Assembly: GCA_965644295.1 (NCBI GenBank)
Contig: CBFFRP010000366.1
Coordinates: 47,156-111,155 of the forward strand
Source: Paraphysomonas bandaiensis
Lineage: Eukaryota > Protista > Chrysophyceae
Direction: 5' to 3'
Length of the DNA stretch: 64,000 bases
Under the pieces are notes generated by a model, which made no database searches, was not told the DNA's origin, and saw only the letters and a program-made list of their open reading frames with translations. The position numbers and the translations under genes were made by a program. Shown one piece after another: positions 60,501 to 64,000 of this stretch. Every line of letters begins with the position of its first letter. Position 1 is the stretch's first letter.

Positions 60501-63500
60501 GTACCCAATGATGATGATTTGTGGGATGCTCCGAGTGAGACTTGGCGGTCCAGTAATCTGGAGGTACATGACGATAAACAAGTCGCTATGATGACAGATG
60601 TGAAACCAATGTCGGGTAATGACGCAGCACTTGATGGGGAGCGTCGTGTTAACTCTGATAGGTCTCTGTCAGCCATGCATAGTAGGCCAACTGGTGCTCA
60701 GAATAGTAAGACCGATAAGTATGGGTGTCTTAGGAAAATCATGTATGGCAAGTGCGACAAAACAGACTGTCCATATAATCATAATGCGAAATGTCTGTTG
60801 GATTCTGCGTCCGAAATGCGGGACAAGATCGATGCGTATCTTAAGTCTGCGGGAAGCTCGGAGCAGAGGGACAAACAACCGACCATCTTGAGGAGGGATC
60901 ACTTCGGTGATTCCCGCCCTTGATGGTTCGGTGGATGTGACGATACAGACAAGGAGGATTCCAATTCAAAGACTCGGGATGAGAATGATGAATGTTCAGT
61001 GCATTCTAATGATCTTAATGAGTTTGCGAATTCCTCCAATGTCTGTATCGGGGATCAGGCTAAGCTGTATGCCTGCTATCCTTCATCCAAGAGCTTCTCT
61101 TCAGCGCACACTATAGGAAGGATTACTTTAGATAGAAAATTTGGAATAGAGGAGTTAGTAAAAATATTGTGTGACACTGGAGCCCTCTCAGCCAATTATG
61201 TGTCGAGGGATTTGGTGGACAGATTGCGGAACAAACTAGAACCGAGCCGTTTTTATAAAGCTAAACACCGTGTGGTATTGGCGGATAGTAGAACGGTGAA
61301 GGATCTCAATGAAGGAGTCAGATTAAATTTAGTGCTGACTGATCCGAAGAGTCATACCTATCAATATACGGGTGAATTCTTTGTGATTGATATGACGAGT
61401 AATGATATTATTTTGGGGTTGCCTGCGCTGACTGGAAAATTATATCCTTTCATGTGTGCTGTTATGCGTGAGGCACATGACACTCAAATCGAGGGTGTCT
61501 CCGATAATGAAAATTCGAATGTGTTGTCATCTCTGGCAGGGGACACGGTTGACTCTGATGACCGTGTGCACCCATGGTCAAGAGCGAGTGATGCTATTGC
61601 CCCAGAGGATGAGGAAACTGAGTTACCGGTTCAATTCAAGGATGCGTTGACATTCTTAGGAAAGTCTAGGGAGGAAGCCCTCCAAGACTATCATGAGCAG
61701 ATAGAGACTCATGTCAGCGATGAAATGAAAAGTGAAACTAAGATTATGGAATTGTTGTCAACGAAGGCTGAAAAAGTGTTTGTGCCTGACGAATGGAGCG
61801 GTGTGAGAGGTGTGGACCCTTTGTCTCTAAAATGGAAAAGCACTCTCCCGGATCGAATGAAACCAAAGGCTCGCCCGATCAATCCTAAGCTGTGGGAAGC
61901 TTCGGAAAAGGAGTTTCGGCGACTGTGTGGCTATTTCTACCGAAAGAGTCGTTCTCCTTGGGCTTCATGCCTAGTGGTTGCTCCCAAAGCCACTCCTCCA
62001 TACATCCGTTTTTGTGGTGACTATGTGCAAATTAACAAGCACATGGAAGTGGGAAATTATACGATCCCTAATGTTAAGCATGAGTTGGACAAGATTATCA
62101 ACTTTCCGCTATACATGGATATAGATTTAACAAATGCTTTTCATCAAATTCCATTAGATGATGAAACTTCTGAGCGCCTATCAATTCAGACGCCTTGGGG
62201 GCAATTTGCTCCTAATTTCATGCCAGAGGGTATTGCTCCGGCCACGGGTGTTTTACAGGAAACTGTGAGAGAAATATTCGATGATTTCTCTGAGTGGGCC
62301 ATAGTCATTTTCGATAACATGCTTATATTGGCTAATGATGCCAGGGATGCTTATGAGAAGTTCGAAAAGATCATGGACAGATGTATTGAAAGGAATGTGA
62401 AACTTAAGATGCCAAAAAGCTGGTTGGGGTTTAGAAAGGTGGATTTCTTTGGATATGTTTGCCGTCACAAGTCATATGAGGTTAATCCCGATAAGAAGGA
62501 GGCTCTCGGCAAGATTCCAATGCCTACTAACACCAAACAGGCCAGATCGTTGCTGGGTAAAGGGGTATTCTTTTCTAGTTTTACGCCTAGATACTCTGAT
62601 TTAGTTGCTCACTTGACTGACATGACAAAGTCGAGTTTCAATTGGGATAAGTCCACATGGCGGCATGACTACGAGGCAGAGTATCGTCGTTTCATTGCCG
62701 GACTACAAGACGCTTGTGAGCTGTTTTATCCGGATTATAATCTTGAGTGGACATTGCGTACTGACGCTAGTGAGTTGGGAATAGGTTCAGTGTTATTGCA
62801 AAAGAAAATATTAGAGGATGGGAGCATACAGTGGCAGCCTATAGCTTTCATTTCCAAAAAGTTTTCTGCCCAAGCTCAGAAGTGGTCAACTATAGAGCAA
62901 GAGGCATATGGAATTTTCTACAGTGTTAAACACTTGGCTTATTACTTAATAGGCAAGCAATTCACAATTGAGACCGACCATAACAATCTATTGTGGATGG
63001 AATCTTCGGATGTTCCAAAGATTACACGATGGAGGATATTCTTGCAGTCTTTCAACTTCAGCATTCGTCATATATCTGGTGCCAAGAATTGGTTGGCGGA
63101 CTGGTTATCTAGAGAGCATCAGGTTGCTATACTCTCTGGAATATTCCCAGAGGAGGAATATGATGACGCCTATTTCATGGGGGATGACTGTAATGAGTAT
63201 GAGTACTTTAACTTTCTGGGTAACTTTATGAACCCGGATGATCGAGAGATTGAGGACCCTCCAACATCTCATGTATCACCGGAGACGGCGTTGCGTGAGG
63301 TTCATAACGCGCGAGTTGGACACATGGGGGGAAGGGCTACCTGGATACGCTTAAACAAAGAGTTCCCGGGTCATAATATTCCTTACAAGGTTGTTGAGGA
63401 TTATATCTCTAAGTGCCCAAATTGTGTGAAAACGAGGTTGGCTATGAAGGAGGCTCTTATCCCGATCGTACGAAATCTCAAGCCCCCAAATGCTCGTAGC

Positions 63501-63738
63501 GCGATTGGTATAGATGCTGTTGAGATTACACCTCACGGTGCAGAGGGATATACACATATCAACGTGGTGGTCAATCTTTTCACCAAGTTTGTGTACCTTG
63601 AACCTGTCAAAGGTGTGACGGCTCTTAATCTTGCAAATACTATATGGAAATACTGGAGTCATTACGGTCACACAGATCTAATAATCTCGGATCAAGGACC
63701 GGATTTGACTTCAGATTTGTTCAAACAGTTGACGGAGT
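57583..63738 (+). mobile_element. Ty3/Gypsy LTR retrotransposon (5' LTR and leader 57583-59114; 3' part interrupted)
   Basis: Starts with TG at the 5S breakpoint; gag followed by PR-RT-RH-IN order. Confidence 0.92.
59115..60923 (+). CDS. gag: Gag-like protein with CCCH zinc finger
   Basis: Position upstream of pol; N-terminal coiled coil; C-x8-C-x4-C-x3-H (CLRKIMYGKCDKTDCPYNH). Confidence 0.8.
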   Translation: MSTPTGKTRRGGKKTPGKDQEAAGSGETKQDAAGGVQDVVQESSAPNINPNQEILDTVRAMSQSFTEVATAVSNLSSRMQILENRVQNVEDGESSQSQASVGSHQRQKVTKRTSKHKRQPRYSTLENMAKFRIIPQEEDSNKEDDGSNPDVDGDGVNDVPTLMDNIFKGKKAGKLFRDLKKSSEVASAKTVTITREERRCHVRINDFKLGKVAKAIKDILEFQEQEETEVRIQKVLSTSLKAHLRNVYSITHAQLAQMDVSDLLLIVAQETKVFNCVAFYNELRDSLKHIQIMDWKYVNAVTFEAFYHQQLNLMQSFQTMLSIMLVSNKTWCPRIDDKEYGLIRLFKTLNDGTYVKYVLGCMSTNKFDSMSEFFKEYSAVLLDHYQVTIAYRQLPMESTTMFQQKHEDYLKRRKELFSQQSNKPSLNSRVDSKPRVSQVSHLDTYDESGGNYNDEWDDNDGYVPNDDDLWDAPSETWRSSNLEVHDDKQVAMMTDVKPMSGNDAALDGERRVNSDRSLSAMHSRPTGAQNSKTDKYGCLRKIMYGKCDKTDCPYNHNAKCLLDSASEMRDKIDAYLKSAGSSEQRDKQPTILRRDHFGDSRP

Positions 63739-63743
63739 TGTAA
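60924..63743 (+). CDS. pol: Pol (protease, RT, RNase H, truncated integrase), in frame with gag
   Basis: DTGA; RFCGDY, DLTNAFHQI, MPEG, IFDN; TDAS...EQEAYG...TDH...ADWLSR; H..GH...CPNC, IGID, ISDQG; third integrase catalytic residue (E) missing. Confidence 0.92.
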   Translation, partial: WFGGCDDTDKEDSNSKTRDENDECSVHSNDLNEFANSSNVCIGDQAKLYACYPSSKSFSSAHTIGRITLDRKFGIEELVKILCDTGALSANYVSRDLVDRLRNKLEPSRFYKAKHRVVLADSRTVKDLNEGVRLNLVLTDPKSHTYQYTGEFFVIDMTSNDIILGLPALTGKLYPFMCAVMREAHDTQIEGVSDNENSNVLSSLAGDTVDSDDRVHPWSRASDAIAPEDEETELPVQFKDALTFLGKSREEALQDYHEQIETHVSDEMKSETKIMELLSTKAEKVFVPDEWSGVRGVDPLSLKWKSTLPDRMKPKARPINPKLWEASEKEFRRLCGYFYRKSRSPWASCLVVAPKATPPYIRFCGDYVQINKHMEVGNYTIPNVKHELDKIINFPLYMDIDLTNAFHQIPLDDETSERLSIQTPWGQFAPNFMPEGIAPATGVLQETVREIFDDFSEWAIVIFDNMLILANDARDAYEKFEKIMDRCIERNVKLKMPKSWLGFRKVDFFGYVCRHKSYEVNPDKKEALGKIPMPTNTKQARSLLGKGVFFSSFTPRYSDLVAHLTDMTKSSFNWDKSTWRHDYEAEYRRFIAGLQDACELFYPDYNLEWTLRTDASELGIGSVLLQKKILEDGSIQWQPIAFISKKFSAQAQKWSTIEQEAYGIFYSVKHLAYYLIGKQFTIETDHNNLLWMESSDVPKITRWRIFLQSFNFSIRHISGAKNWLADWLSREHQVAILSGIFPEEEYDDAYFMGDDCNEYEYFNFLGNFMNPDDREIEDPPTSHVSPETALREVHNARVGHMGGRATWIRLNKEFPGHNIPYKVVEDYISKCPNCVKTRLAMKEALIPIVRNLKPPNARSAIGIDAVEITPHGAEGYTHINVVVNLFTKFVYLEPVKGVTALNLANTIWKYWSHYGHTDLIISDQGPDLTSDLFKQLTEL

Positions 63744-64000
63744 ACCTGTGCAGGTTTAAAGCAGGTTTATAATCATCAGCACTATCTTCTATTTTATATG
63801 CTGGGCTGTGATATATAATTCTTTTGAAGAGTTATTATTATTACAGTTTGGATGTATACATATATATGCGTACATACTAACCTAGTTTCTCTCTTTCACC
63901 CACACATATATGTATAGGTTGTGACCCTTCTACAGAATATATATATATGTTGTATCCTTACCCTAATATATGGTATATATGTGTACATGGCTCTATATTC
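63739..64000. mobile_element. Probable second LTR element nested in the integrase
   Basis: Integrase stops abruptly at TGTAAACC followed by AT-rich non-coding sequence. Confidence 0.5.

Noticed and set aside
60907-61116. Alternative-frame ORF suggesting a gag-pol frameshift
   Set aside because: Pol motifs lie in the gag frame, and this ORF has no recognisable content

Overview
Eukaryotic nuclear DNA with short (about 40-95 nt) GT-AG introns and the standard code. The host is probably a phagotrophic protist such as a chrysophyte-like stramenopile (inference only). Host genes: a hybrid histidine kinase split by an insertion, an inverted pair of secreted lysozyme-like genes, an MLO/EF-hand protein, a secretory double-SET methyltransferase, DNAJC7, ALG9, a double Venus-flytrap multi-TM receptor, an unknown 971-aa ORF, a PKA regulatory subunit, an MLKL-like 4HB-pseudokinase-ankyrin protein, an intronless bacterial-type homospermidine synthase, and a 306-bp 5S rDNA array. 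Mobile DNA: two piggyBac-like transposases, a decayed Copia, a LINE/SINE pair sharing a 3' tail, two relics of endogenous virophage/Polinton-like viruses, and an unusual Ty3/Gypsy element inserted inside a 5S gene. The Gypsy element has a CCCH Gag, a single in-frame UGA between gag and pol, and an IFDN RT motif in place of YxDD. A diverged LTR/leader of the same lineage interrupts the kinase gene; it keeps co-varying RNA hairpins but carries an antisense SET-domain cargo. All family assignments come from motif recognition; no searches were run.
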